64,000 nucleotides of DNA, taken from the NCBI GenBank assembly GCA_963719085.1, contig CAVRAL010000004.1:416001-480000 (forward strand). The letters are read 5' to 3'. The notes beneath the pieces are model-generated. The model was not told the DNA's origin. It made no database searches and saw only the letters and a program-made list of their open reading frames with translations. The translations under genes and the position numbers were made by a program. Positions within the stretch are counted from its first letter, which is position 1. Each line of letters begins with the position of its first letter. Shown here piece after piece: positions 10,392-18,192 of the stretch. Source of the stretch: a candidate division FCPU426 bacterium. GTDB taxonomy: Bacteria > Oederibacteriota > Muellerivitia > Muellerivitales > Muellerivitaceae.

Positions 10392-11062
10392 ATATAAGGA
10401 GCCAGTCGATAAGGCGTTTTGCGGCAATAAGCCTTATAGCCGGGTAATTTTTTGGATAGAAATTTTTCTTCCGCCAAAAGCCGGACGATGATGACGGCGT
10501 AAAGCCCGGCCACCGGAATCAAACCCCAAAAGGATCCCAACGCCAAGGGCATCCCCGCCAGCAGTCCAAGAGCCCCCGCGTACATGGGATGACGCACCCA
10601 GGTATAGGGACCGGCGGAGATGACCTTTTGTTTCTTACGCACCTTCACGGTCGAAGCCGCGTAGGTATTTTCCTTAAAGACTCGGAAGATGACGCCGTAA
10701 CCCAAGAAAACCAAAGCGTCCCCCGCCCAGACCAGCGGGAGAGGGACCCGCGACCACCCCAACCGATAGTCTAATCCGGGGATGATCAAGGACAAGGCAA
10801 AGCAAAGACTGGCCAGGGTCTGGATGATTTTTTGAGCCCGCTCTTGTTCGGCCACCGGTCCGGCTTGAAGGCGGCTTTCAATCAACTTGGGGTCGCGTTT
10901 GATGAAATAAAAGGTAACCGCCGCCGCGCAGGCCAGAAAAAAAAATAGAAAAATCCAACCCTGCCAATACCGAAATGTGCCCGCGGGTAAAAAAATGAAA
11001 AGAGCCAAGACCATGAGAAGTTTGAGGAACCCCGAAAAGGCTTGGACCGTAAGTTTGTTCAT
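10385..11062 (-). CDS. Isoprenylcysteine carboxyl methyltransferase (ICMT/Ste14)-family membrane protein
   Basis: QKVISAGPYTWVRHPMYAG, EEKFL..LPGYKAYC. Confidence 0.9.
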   Translation of the reverse strand: MNKLTVQAFSGFLKLLMVLALFIFLPAGTFRYWQGWIFLFFFLACAAAVTFYFIKRDPKLIESRLQAGPVAEQERAQKIIQTLASLCFALSLIIPGLDYRLGWSRVPLPLVWAGDALVFLGYGVIFRVFKENTYAASTVKVRKKQKVISAGPYTWVRHPMYAGALGLLAGMPLALGSFWGLIPVAGLYAVIIVRLLAEEKFLSKKLPGYKAYCRKTPYRLAPYIW

Positions 11063-11134
11063 ATTTGGATTATTTTAAGGGGGAAAAGACCGGAAGGAAA
11101 CCCATAGACTTTAAGAGAAGACCACGTCAAAAAA

Positions 11135-11225
11135 TGGCGGAGAGAAAGGGATTCGAACCCTTGAGACCCTTTTGGAGCCTACACGCTTTCCAGGCGTGCG
11201 CCTTCGACCGCTCGGCCATCTCTCC
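11135..11225 (-). tRNA. tRNA-Ser(GGA)
   Basis: ggagagatggccgagcggtcgaaggcgcacgcctGGAaagcgtg...gttcgaatccctttctctccgcca; long variable arm; encoded CCA. Confidence 0.97.
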
Positions 11226-11320
11226 ATCAATTGACTCGGCTTGGCGCACGTGCGCCTGAACTCAATTCAAACTTTAATTTTATTCTTAATGGACGATTTC
11301 GTTTCGGCCCTTCGGGACCG

Positions 11321-11343
11321 TCGACCGCTCGGCCATCGCTCCA
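11321..11343 (-). repeat. Copy of the 5' end of tRNA-Ser (22/23 identity to 11204-11226)
   Basis: tcgaccgctcggccatcgctcca vs tcgaccgctcggccatctctcca. Confidence 0.85.
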
Positions 11344-11410
11344 CAAACAACGCCATAAAAACAAAAAGCCCGCCTCATGCAGCGAGCTAAAACCCAAGCC
11401 ATGAAAAAAA

Positions 11411-11486
11411 TGGTGGAGATGAGCGGGATCGAACCGCCGACCTTCTCGTTGCGAACGAGACGCTCTCCCAACTGAGCTACATCCCC
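11411..11486 (-). tRNA. tRNA-Ala(CGC)
   Basis: ggggatgtagctcagttgggagagcgtctcgttCGCaacgagaaggtcggcggttcgatcccgctcatctccacca. Confidence 0.97.
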
Positions 11487-11602
11487 ATCTGTCTCTAGAC
11501 CGCCTAACCGCGCCAATTTCGTTGAAACGGCGTCTCGTTCGACGGCCCTAAAATACTTTAGGAAAAGTCCGCTCTATGGACTTTTCAACCTTCCGTCCAC
11601 AA

Positions 11603-11633
11603 AGACGCTCTCCCAACTGAGCTACATCCCCAT
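11603..11633 (-). repeat. Exact 31-bp copy of the 5' end of tRNA-Ala (11458-11488)
   Basis: agacgctctcccaactgagctacatccccat occurs twice. Confidence 0.95.
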
Positions 11634-11702
11634 GTCCTTCAACCAACCCATCCTTCGACTCGCCGATGCTCCGCATCGTCTTGCTCCGGACAGGCCTAGC
11701 TC

Positions 11703-12173
11703 CTACCGCTTACGCAGGTCCTTAAAAAACTCGCTCAAAATCCGCGAACAGTCTTCTTTTAATATACCGCTTTCCACCAACACCCGGTGGTTCAGCTTGG
11801 GGTTCAAAAGGACCCTAGCCGTACTATCCACCGCTCCCGCTTTGGGGTCCGGGGTTCCATAGTAAACCGTCCGAACACGGGACAAAACCATGGCACCCGC
11901 GCACATCGTGCAGGGTTCCAAGGTCACGTATAAATCACAGTCGCTTAACCGCCAGTCGCTTCGCTTGGCCGAGGCCTTGCTCAAGGCCACCATTTCGGCG
12001 TGGACTAAGGCGCTTTTTTTGGCTTCCGTCAGGTTGTGTCCCCGGGCAATGATCTTCCCCTGATACACCACCACGGCTCCCACCGGCACTTCTTTTTTGA
12101 CCGCGGCTTTACGGGCTTCCCGCAGGGCCGCCTTCATAAACTTTTCGTGGGGATTTTTCAGCTGATTCCTCAC
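11703..12173 (-). CDS. tadA: tRNA adenosine(34) deaminase
   Basis: EVPVGAV, HAE, LYVTLEPCTMCAGA, DPKAGA, LNH. Confidence 0.95.
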   Translation of the reverse strand: MRNQLKNPHEKFMKAALREARKAAVKKEVPVGAVVVYQGKIIARGHNLTEAKKSALVHAEMVALSKASAKRSDWRLSDCDLYVTLEPCTMCAGAMVLSRVRTVYYGTPDPKAGAVDSTARVLLNPKLNHRVLVESGILKEDCSRILSEFFKDLRKR

Positions 12174-12314
12174 CGCTTCTTGAAAACCATCACCCCAGGG
12201 ACTCTCCTATATAGAAGAGACTGGGTATATTTTAAAAAAGAAAATGACGCGTCCCAAAGAACTACCATTTCCTCATTTTATGGCGGCGAAACCGCCACCC
12301 ATACAATGAGAAAA

Positions 12315-12391
12315 TGGTGCGCCTGGAGGGATTTGAACCCCCAACCCTCTGATCCGTAGTCAGATACTCTATCCAGTTGAGCTACAGGCGC
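12315..12391 (-). tRNA. tRNA-Arg(ACG)
   Basis: gcgcctgtagctcaactggatagagtatctgactACGgatcagagggttgggggttcaaatccctccaggcgcacca. Confidence 0.97.
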
Positions 12392-12404
12392 GATCCGCTC
12401 TTCT

Positions 12405-12605
12405 TGGGGCCAAGGCCCAAAGAAGAGCGGATATATTACCCAAAAGCCTATTTTTATCGCAAGTACAAAGGGATTTGTTTAAGGCAGCGGCCTGCGCCAA
12501 CTCGCGAGGGCTAACCCCGCCCTTAAAGCTGAAAAGTCGGGCTCTTGCGCTAATTTAGCCCCCATCCCTAGAGGATGGACGTCCGAAAAACCCCCGTAGT
12601 TGACA
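12405..12605 (+). repeat. Left copy of ~200-bp imperfect direct repeat (partner 20714-20906)
   Basis: Shared collinear blocks: acccaaaagcctatt, cgcaagtacaaagg, gctgaaaagtc, cccccatccc..gaggatgg.cgtc, aaaacc.ccg..gttg.ca. Confidence 0.9.
12433..12462 (-). promoter_or_regulatory. Putative sigma70 promoter for tRNA-Arg/tadA
   Basis: TTGCGA-N18-TAATAT on the minus strand. Confidence 0.55.
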
Positions 12606-12608
12606 ACT

Positions 12609-13577
12609 TCAGAGCCGCGACTGATCCGAAACTATCCCAATTTTTCGCAGCCATGCCTCCATCAATTGAGGCCATTCCGTAATGGGAAACTTTGTGCGAC
12701 GCAGTCCAAACCCATGCCCGCCATGCGCATATAAATGCATCTCCACGGGGACTCCGGCCTTCTTTAGGGCGATATCGTAAACCAAGGAATTGTTGACGTC
12801 GTCCACCGGGTCATCCTCCGCCTGCGCTAAAAACGTCGGCGGCGTCTGGCGGGTAATATTGGCTTGGATATCCGGATTCAACTCCCACTTATTACTTTGA
12901 GCGCAAAGATGCCCCGGGTAGAGGACCACCGCAAAATCCGGGCGGCAACTCTCTTTATCAGCCGCGTCCACAGCCGGATATAACCGCTCTTTAAAATGAG
13001 CGCTAATAACTGCCGCCAGATGCCCGCCGGCCGAAAAGCCAAGCACTCCTATTTTGCGGGGATCAATGTTCCATTCGGCGGCGTGAAAACGAACCAACCC
13101 CACTGTCCGTTGCGCATCTTCCAGCGCTGTCGAAATTTTCGGAACGACGAGGCGGTCAAGCCGCGAGTCATAATGTGGCCCCGAACCCGGCACGCGGTAT
13201 TTCAACAACACCGCGGTGATACCCCGGGACGCCAGCCAATCACAAACTTCCGTGCCTTCAAGATCAATGGCCAGAACATCGTAGCCTCCGCCAGGAAACA
13301 CAACGACCGCCACACCTCGGTTACTTCCCTTGGGGGGATAGATCGTCATGGTCGGCCTCGAAACATCACAAACCGCGACCCAAGGCTTTCCCGCGATCAA
13401 TGGATCGTTCCTGACCACGCAATATTCTGATCCTGGGACTGTCTGCGCGTCAGGCGCCGCCCCGGGCCAAATGGGTATTTGTCGATGACCTTGCGGCGGT
13501 TGCCAGACATTCGTCTGCGCCCACAAATTTCCAACCGCCAATAAAAAAACCATAGCCGCAATTAAAGGTTTTATCAA
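12609..13577 (-). CDS. Exported alpha/beta hydrolase (acetyl esterase/lipase-like)
   Basis: FPGGGY, GFSAGG nucleophile motif, AEDDPV, GGHGFG. Confidence 0.9.
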   Translation of the reverse strand: MIKPLIAAMVFLLAVGNLWAQTNVWQPPQGHRQIPIWPGAAPDAQTVPGSEYCVVRNDPLIAGKPWVAVCDVSRPTMTIYPPKGSNRGVAVVVFPGGGYDVLAIDLEGTEVCDWLASRGITAVLLKYRVPGSGPHYDSRLDRLVVPKISTALEDAQRTVGLVRFHAAEWNIDPRKIGVLGFSAGGHLAAVISAHFKERLYPAVDAADKESCRPDFAVVLYPGHLCAQSNKWELNPDIQANITRQTPPTFLAQAEDDPVDDVNNSLVYDIALKKAGVPVEMHLYAHGGHGFGLRRTKFPITEWPQLMEAWLRKIGIVSDQSRL

Positions 13578-13648
13578 ATTCCCACCATTTTTACGGCTCG
13601 TCTATTCCGGGTCCCTTTCGCGGACGAGGCCGTCCCTTACCTTAACGC

Positions 13649-14401
13649 TTATTGAAGCAGGACAAGCCAATTCGGCAGGGCCTGAATCAAAAAACCAATA
13701 ATGGCGAAAAACAATCCTACTATCGACATAACGCGCCGCGACATATGCTCCATCCGCCATTCCACCCAGGGGGTAAAGCAAGTGATAAAAAAACTGGAAA
13801 TCCAGATCGTCAAACCCACCCGCCAGAAAGAGGCCAATGGAAAAGTTGAGGTCGTCACCCCAGAAACCAAGTAACAAGAAATCCAAAATGAGAGACCAGC
13901 GCCTATCCCCCTTGCCACCGCCAGCCAAAAAGACGCGGGCCTGAATACCACCAGTTGAGGGCTTAATTCACGCTCTTTCGTCGTCGACCAGCCTAAAAAA
14001 TAAGTGCCGGTTAAAAATAGGCCGTTGAAAAGAAAAAACAAACCAGCGATCGGGCCGTTGGTGATCGTCCACAAAGCCAACGCTAAAACAAACGCCCTAG
14101 CCAGCGCCAGCAACACCATCGTGGACCAACTCATCGGTTTACCCTTCGTATGAATCCGTCGGGCTTCTTGATAATAGTCAACCCCCAGAATAATCCCCAT
14201 GCCTAAACCCGCGACCAGGCCGAACTTTAAACCCAACCCAAGACAAAAAGGGATTCCGTAGAGGAACATATAGGTGACCACGCGGGTCACACCGGCCAAG
14301 GGGCCATCTTTTCCCCCCAAAAGGTCGTAGGTCAAATAAAGTCCGCCCAGTGCCCCTAGGAGCGATCCGCCCAAATTGCACCAAGCTTCCCAATGCTGCA
14401 T
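13649..14401 (-). CDS. Hypothetical multi-pass membrane protein
   Basis: 250-aa ORF with about 7-8 hydrophobic segments, GAGG RBS. Confidence 0.7.
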   Translation of the reverse strand: MQHWEAWCNLGGSLLGALGGLYLTYDLLGGKDGPLAGVTRVVTYMFLYGIPFCLGLGLKFGLVAGLGMGIILGVDYYQEARRIHTKGKPMSWSTMVLLALARAFVLALALWTITNGPIAGLFFLFNGLFLTGTYFLGWSTTKERELSPQLVVFRPASFWLAVARGIGAGLSFWISCYLVSGVTTSTFPLASFWRVGLTIWISSFFITCFTPWVEWRMEHMSRRVMSIVGLFFAIIGFLIQALPNWLVLLQ

Positions 14402-14540
14402 GCCACACCTCTTCGGTGAATTTTGAATAACGGTTTTCCAATTCGGGCAAACCGTTCCATCATTTTGCTTTTGGATACCGTAGTAAAACTACACCCGAAA
14501 CCAATAAACCAGGAACGGTGAACCTAGTTTTCTTTTCCCT

Positions 14541-14993
14541 CTAAATATTGAATTGGCGGAGATGATGATCCAGGTGTTTGTATTCTAAGACGGCCCACTC
14601 CATGGGCGTAAGCCGGCCAAAAAAGGGATGGGGATGGCTCGTACAAGCCGAAGTCCCGCCTGAAACGAACCGGTCGATGAGCGAACAAAGACGCTCGCTC
14701 TCCACCGCTAGGTCGTGTTCGCCGCTCACGACCAACTCATCCAATGTAGGCGTATTGCGGCGAAATTCATCATCATTTCCTAAGACCATGGGTTTAATCA
14801 TGAAGCCTATCAATCGCCCGACCAACTTGCGGCGTGGCCTGATCTCACCCAGGGCCATCTCCAGTCCCAATACGCAATGCGCCATAACTTGGGCCGGACT
14901 CCGTTTTCCCCATTGCCGAACACTGTCGGGCCTCAGCTTATCAATCCGCCGCTTTACTTCATCCGCAAGAGCGACATCAAACAGGTTTTTCAT
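14541..14993 (-). CDS. DUF1569 / DinB-like protein
   Basis: QWGK..PAQVMAHC, HPFFGRLTPMEW..LEYKHLDHHLRQF. Confidence 0.9.
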   Translation of the reverse strand: MKNLFDVALADEVKRRIDKLRPDSVRQWGKRSPAQVMAHCVLGLEMALGEIRPRRKLVGRLIGFMIKPMVLGNDDEFRRNTPTLDELVVSGEHDLAVESERLCSLIDRFVSGGTSACTSHPHPFFGRLTPMEWAVLEYKHLDHHLRQFNI

Positions 14994-15045
14994 TTGAGTT
15001 TTCTCCGCGAAAGATGAGTGCTTTTCGCTTGTTCAATCCGGGCCT

Positions 15046-15094
15046 CCATTCCGTACGATTCGCAAACCGTGAAGTTTGAGTTAATTCAACAAAA
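15046..15094 (+). repeat. Conserved intergenic site, copy 1 (core attccgtacga-ttcgca-aaccgtgaagt)
   Basis: Aligns with 16204-16252 and 17427-17476. Confidence 0.85.
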
Positions 15095-15116
15095 TGTCTA
15101 TCAAGCGACGAAGTGC

Positions 15117-15365
15117 TTAATCGTCACTATTATTGGTGAATTTTTTCCTGACAATTGAATCAATAATCCAAGCCAAAAGATAACCTCCAACAATCCCGGC
15201 AAAACCACTCCAACTCATAGGCCAGTGTCCCGTGGTAATTTTTAAAATCACCCAGTAAAAAATCATAATAAAAATCCAAAGAAGAAAACCAAACGCGGAC
15301 ACGTCTAATACACTGGGGCCCGTCCCCGGAGCTATCACGCCTTTTTGATTTAATTTTCTAATCAC
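15117..15365 (-). CDS. Small hypothetical membrane protein (2 TM)
   Basis: 82-aa ORF with two hydrophobic helices; fills the intergenic space. Confidence 0.55.
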   Translation of the reverse strand: MIRKLNQKGVIAPGTGPSVLDVSAFGFLLWIFIMIFYWVILKITTGHWPMSWSGFAGIVGGYLLAWIIDSIVRKKFTNNSDD

Positions 15366-15453
15366 GGGTTTTTCCTGGAAAATTTAATCAGATAAATTAG
15401 TTCGAACTATTTAGTCTATAGCAACCCGCCAAAGAACCTTTTTCTCAAAAAGC

Positions 15454-16191
15454 TTAAAGAATCCCTTCAAAACAATCCAAGATGGGGGCTTTGATAGGCA
15501 TGAAATAAGCGTTCCCGTCCACCGAAGCGATTCGGCTCAAAACGCTTTTCGCGAAATCACGATTCCAATCTAAGGTCGGAGTGAAGTTTTTAGGAAAAAC
15601 GGCCTTATTTCTTGTCTCCCAATAATTTTTGGAGTTCGCCGTTAAAACCGGGGAAACGCCCCAAAACACTTCGTAGGATTGGAGCAATTCGAAATAGATG
15701 TCAAAAAGGCGGATATCGAAAAAAGGTTGGGTGAAAAAACCATCCGCGCCTGCCTCCCGTTTGGCATGCGCGTAATCCAGTTCTTTGTGAATTCCCTGTC
15801 GATAAGGATCGAAAGCCGCATAAATCTTAATTTCCGGAATTTCTTTCTTGAATTTCTTGATTACGTCCAAAACATCCGAGGGATATATCTTTCTGGAGAT
15901 ATCCTGGGGAATATCGCCGCTAATCAAGACAATTTCCTTCAAGTGATTTTCCTTAAGAAAGGCGGCCATGGGCAACGGTTCATTCAAATTAATGTCAACG
16001 GCCCGAATGTGGGGTATGGCTTTTTCAAAAAAAGGTTTCACATATCCGCAAGCGACCCAACTTCTCAAATCAAACCGCAATAAATCAGGAATGTTTATCG
16101 CGGTTACTTTTTTAAGATTTTTCGAGATCTTTTCGACTTCGTCCAATATGGACTCTTTATTTCTTGGCACCAATTCCAATGAAATTCTCAT
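15454..16191 (-). CDS. metF: Methylenetetrahydrofolate reductase family protein (short form)
   Basis: ISLELVPR, INIPD, IPHIRA, ISGD, K..AGADGFFTQPFFD. Confidence 0.8.
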   Translation of the reverse strand: MRISLELVPRNKESILDEVEKISKNLKKVTAINIPDLLRFDLRSWVACGYVKPFFEKAIPHIRAVDINLNEPLPMAAFLKENHLKEIVLISGDIPQDISRKIYPSDVLDVIKKFKKEIPEIKIYAAFDPYRQGIHKELDYAHAKREAGADGFFTQPFFDIRLFDIYFELLQSYEVFWGVSPVLTANSKNYWETRNKAVFPKNFTPTLDWNRDFAKSVLSRIASVDGNAYFMPIKAPILDCFEGIL

Positions 16192-16203
16192 TCAATAACT
16201 CCT

Positions 16204-16252
16204 CATCCCGTACGATTTTCGAACCGTTAAATTCGAGGTAATTCGATGAAAA
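16204..16252 (+). repeat. Conserved intergenic site, copy 2 (core atcccgtacga-ttttcg-aaccgttaaat)
   Basis: Aligns with copies 1 and 3. Confidence 0.85.
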
Positions 16253-16326
16253 AACTTATAAAGACGGGCAGACGTGAAACGGTTCTATTGTTTTAATCAA
16301 AATTTGTTACCGATCATATTATTCGC

Positions 16327-17412
16327 CTATTTCTTTTGTTGGCTTTCCCAAGTTAAATAAGTTTTAGATTGAAGGATACTTTTAAACTGAGGGTCGCTAT
16401 TTATAGTCTTTTCATAGGCAGGATTAAGTTTGATTACTTTCCCAATTTCGGACACAGCTCCTTGCTCATCAAATTCGGCAAAATCCGCCAAAGCCAAATT
16501 GTAGTGACCCATAATATAATCCGGGTTAATTTGAACAGCCTTTTCAAGAGCATTTTTAGCGGCGTTAGATGCTCCCGCCCTTAGATAGGCGTAACCTAAA
16601 TATTGCCAGGCGGAATAATCGCTTGGATGATCCTGCAGATCCAACTTATATTCTTGAACGGCACAATTATATTCATGTTGATGGAAATATTTTTTTCCAC
16701 GCGCCAAATGATCTAAAGATTCGTCTGGATCACTACAACCTTCCAATAATTCTTTTTCGTCCAATGGTTTCCAATAACCCATAAACCTCATCTCGTTTTT
16801 GTCCCAAAGCTTTTTTCCTTCATCCGAAACAATCTCCAATGCATCTTGTTCCGGGAGGTAAACAAAATGTGGTTCTGTACCTGGGCCGCCTTTTCCAATC
16901 CATTCAACTGTGCTTATTGCGTTTATTATTTTTGATCCATTCCAATAATCGAACTCCCATTCGGCTGCACCGGCCGCTAAACCCCATTCAGTTTCATATC
17001 CCCAAAAAAAGGGAAAACCTTTCTTTTCCAAACCGAAAACCAAGTTATCGCCATAGCCCGAATCTTCACTATCAAGTAGTTTTCCCGTTTCATCCAAAAT
17101 GAAAACTTTGTTTTTTGCTCCATCGAAACGGACGAGCGAAATAATTTCAAATTTACCATCCTGGTTTAAATCCGCTAAATAAGATATTACTGACTTCATT
17201 TGCCCATCGGACGAAATATTTTTGGTGATCAATTCTGTAAAATTGTCGATTTCGACTTTTTTTCCACTATTGTCAAAAAGAACCAAACTCTTATTAGAGT
17301 CGTCACTGTCTAATTCAACACCTAATAAACCGTTAACCGAGGCTCTTACCAAAAGCGGAATCATTAAAAAAATAATCAACCCGGTCAAAAAATAAATTTT
17401 GAAGACTTTCAT
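16327..17412 (-). CDS. Exported protein with FG-GAP/EF-like DLNQDG motif and C-terminal TPR repeats
   Basis: N-terminal hydrophobic segment, ADLNQDGKFEII, AWQYLGYAY..A..ALEKAVQINP; AT-rich; start chosen from the GGAGAG RBS. Confidence 0.75.
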   Translation of the reverse strand: MKVFKIYFLTGLIIFLMIPLLVRASVNGLLGVELDSDDSNKSLVLFDNSGKKVEIDNFTELITKNISSDGQMKSVISYLADLNQDGKFEIISLVRFDGAKNKVFILDETGKLLDSEDSGYGDNLVFGLEKKGFPFFWGYETEWGLAAGAAEWEFDYWNGSKIINAISTVEWIGKGGPGTEPHFVYLPEQDALEIVSDEGKKLWDKNEMRFMGYWKPLDEKELLEGCSDPDESLDHLARGKKYFHQHEYNCAVQEYKLDLQDHPSDYSAWQYLGYAYLRAGASNAAKNALEKAVQINPDYIMGHYNLALADFAEFDEQGAVSEIGKVIKLNPAYEKTINSDPQFKSILQSKTYLTWESQQKK

Positions 17413-17426
17413 TACCAAATGACTCT

Positions 17427-17476
17427 CCATTACGTACGATTTGCGAACCATTAAATTCCAGGTTTTTCGATGAAAA
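17427..17476 (+). repeat. Conserved intergenic site, copy 3 (core attacgtacga-tttgcg-aaccattaaat)
   Basis: Aligns with copies 1 and 2. Confidence 0.85.
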
Positions 17477-17499
17477 AGGACGCCAATAAGAGGGGAATC

Positions 17500-17988
17500 T
17501 TATTTTTTAAAGTTCTTTTTAGGAATATAAAGAAAAGAACCTCCATCCCAATCCAAAATCATTTTATCCCCAGGGCCATCAACAACAAATGTGTATTTGT
17601 TATAGGGTTCGTCTGTTTTGAATTCGACAACGCGATCTGAAAACTTAAATCTTTTGGGATCAAGTGACCCTTTTTCGGTTGGGTCAAAATCTTCACATTT
17701 TTCAATCGGCATGACTTTTCCAGGATAAATAATTTTAAAATCAAATTTACGTGTTAGGCCATCGGTTAAATTAACAATATCGAATTTCATCACACCATTT
17801 TTAATTTTTGCAGTCTTACCAATCATTCCTTTTATGCCATTATCATCCCATGCCCCTATGTCCGGCTCGTCGCCATCAACGCAGACCCATTCACCATCTA
17901 AATTAATATTCAAAACATTAATATCCTTTTTTCTTGAACAAGAAACGATAACCAGGATTATCAGTAAAATAAGAGTGATTTCTTTCAC
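17500..17988 (-). CDS. Hypothetical lipoprotein (AT-rich)
   Basis: GGAGG RBS + GTG, lipobox IVSC. Confidence 0.65.
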   Translation of the reverse strand: MKEITLILLIILVIVSCSRKKDINVLNINLDGEWVCVDGDEPDIGAWDDNGIKGMIGKTAKIKNGVMKFDIVNLTDGLTRKFDFKIIYPGKVMPIEKCEDFDPTEKGSLDPKRFKFSDRVVEFKTDEPYNKYTFVVDGPGDKMILDWDGGSFLYIPKKNFKK

Positions 17989-18192
17989 GATACCTCCCTG
18001 GGTTGGACTCGAGCCTTTTGAAACCCAAGTCATTTTATGTCCACTTTTAGGGGCTATAACGGAAAAATGACATGATTCCTTAAATCTCAGAAGCTTCAAA
18101 TCCAATTGGGGGTTGCGCGGTTGCGCTCATCGCAAAAAAAGCAGGCTCCCCGCACCGCGGCGGACAGCTTGGCCTTTGGTTGTAACGCTGGT

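Noticed and set aside
14429..14460. Fourth copy of the dif-like site (aaccgttccat)
   Set aside because: Only the right arm matches and there is no cgtacga left arm; better explained as a short aacggttt/aaaccgtt inverted repeat.
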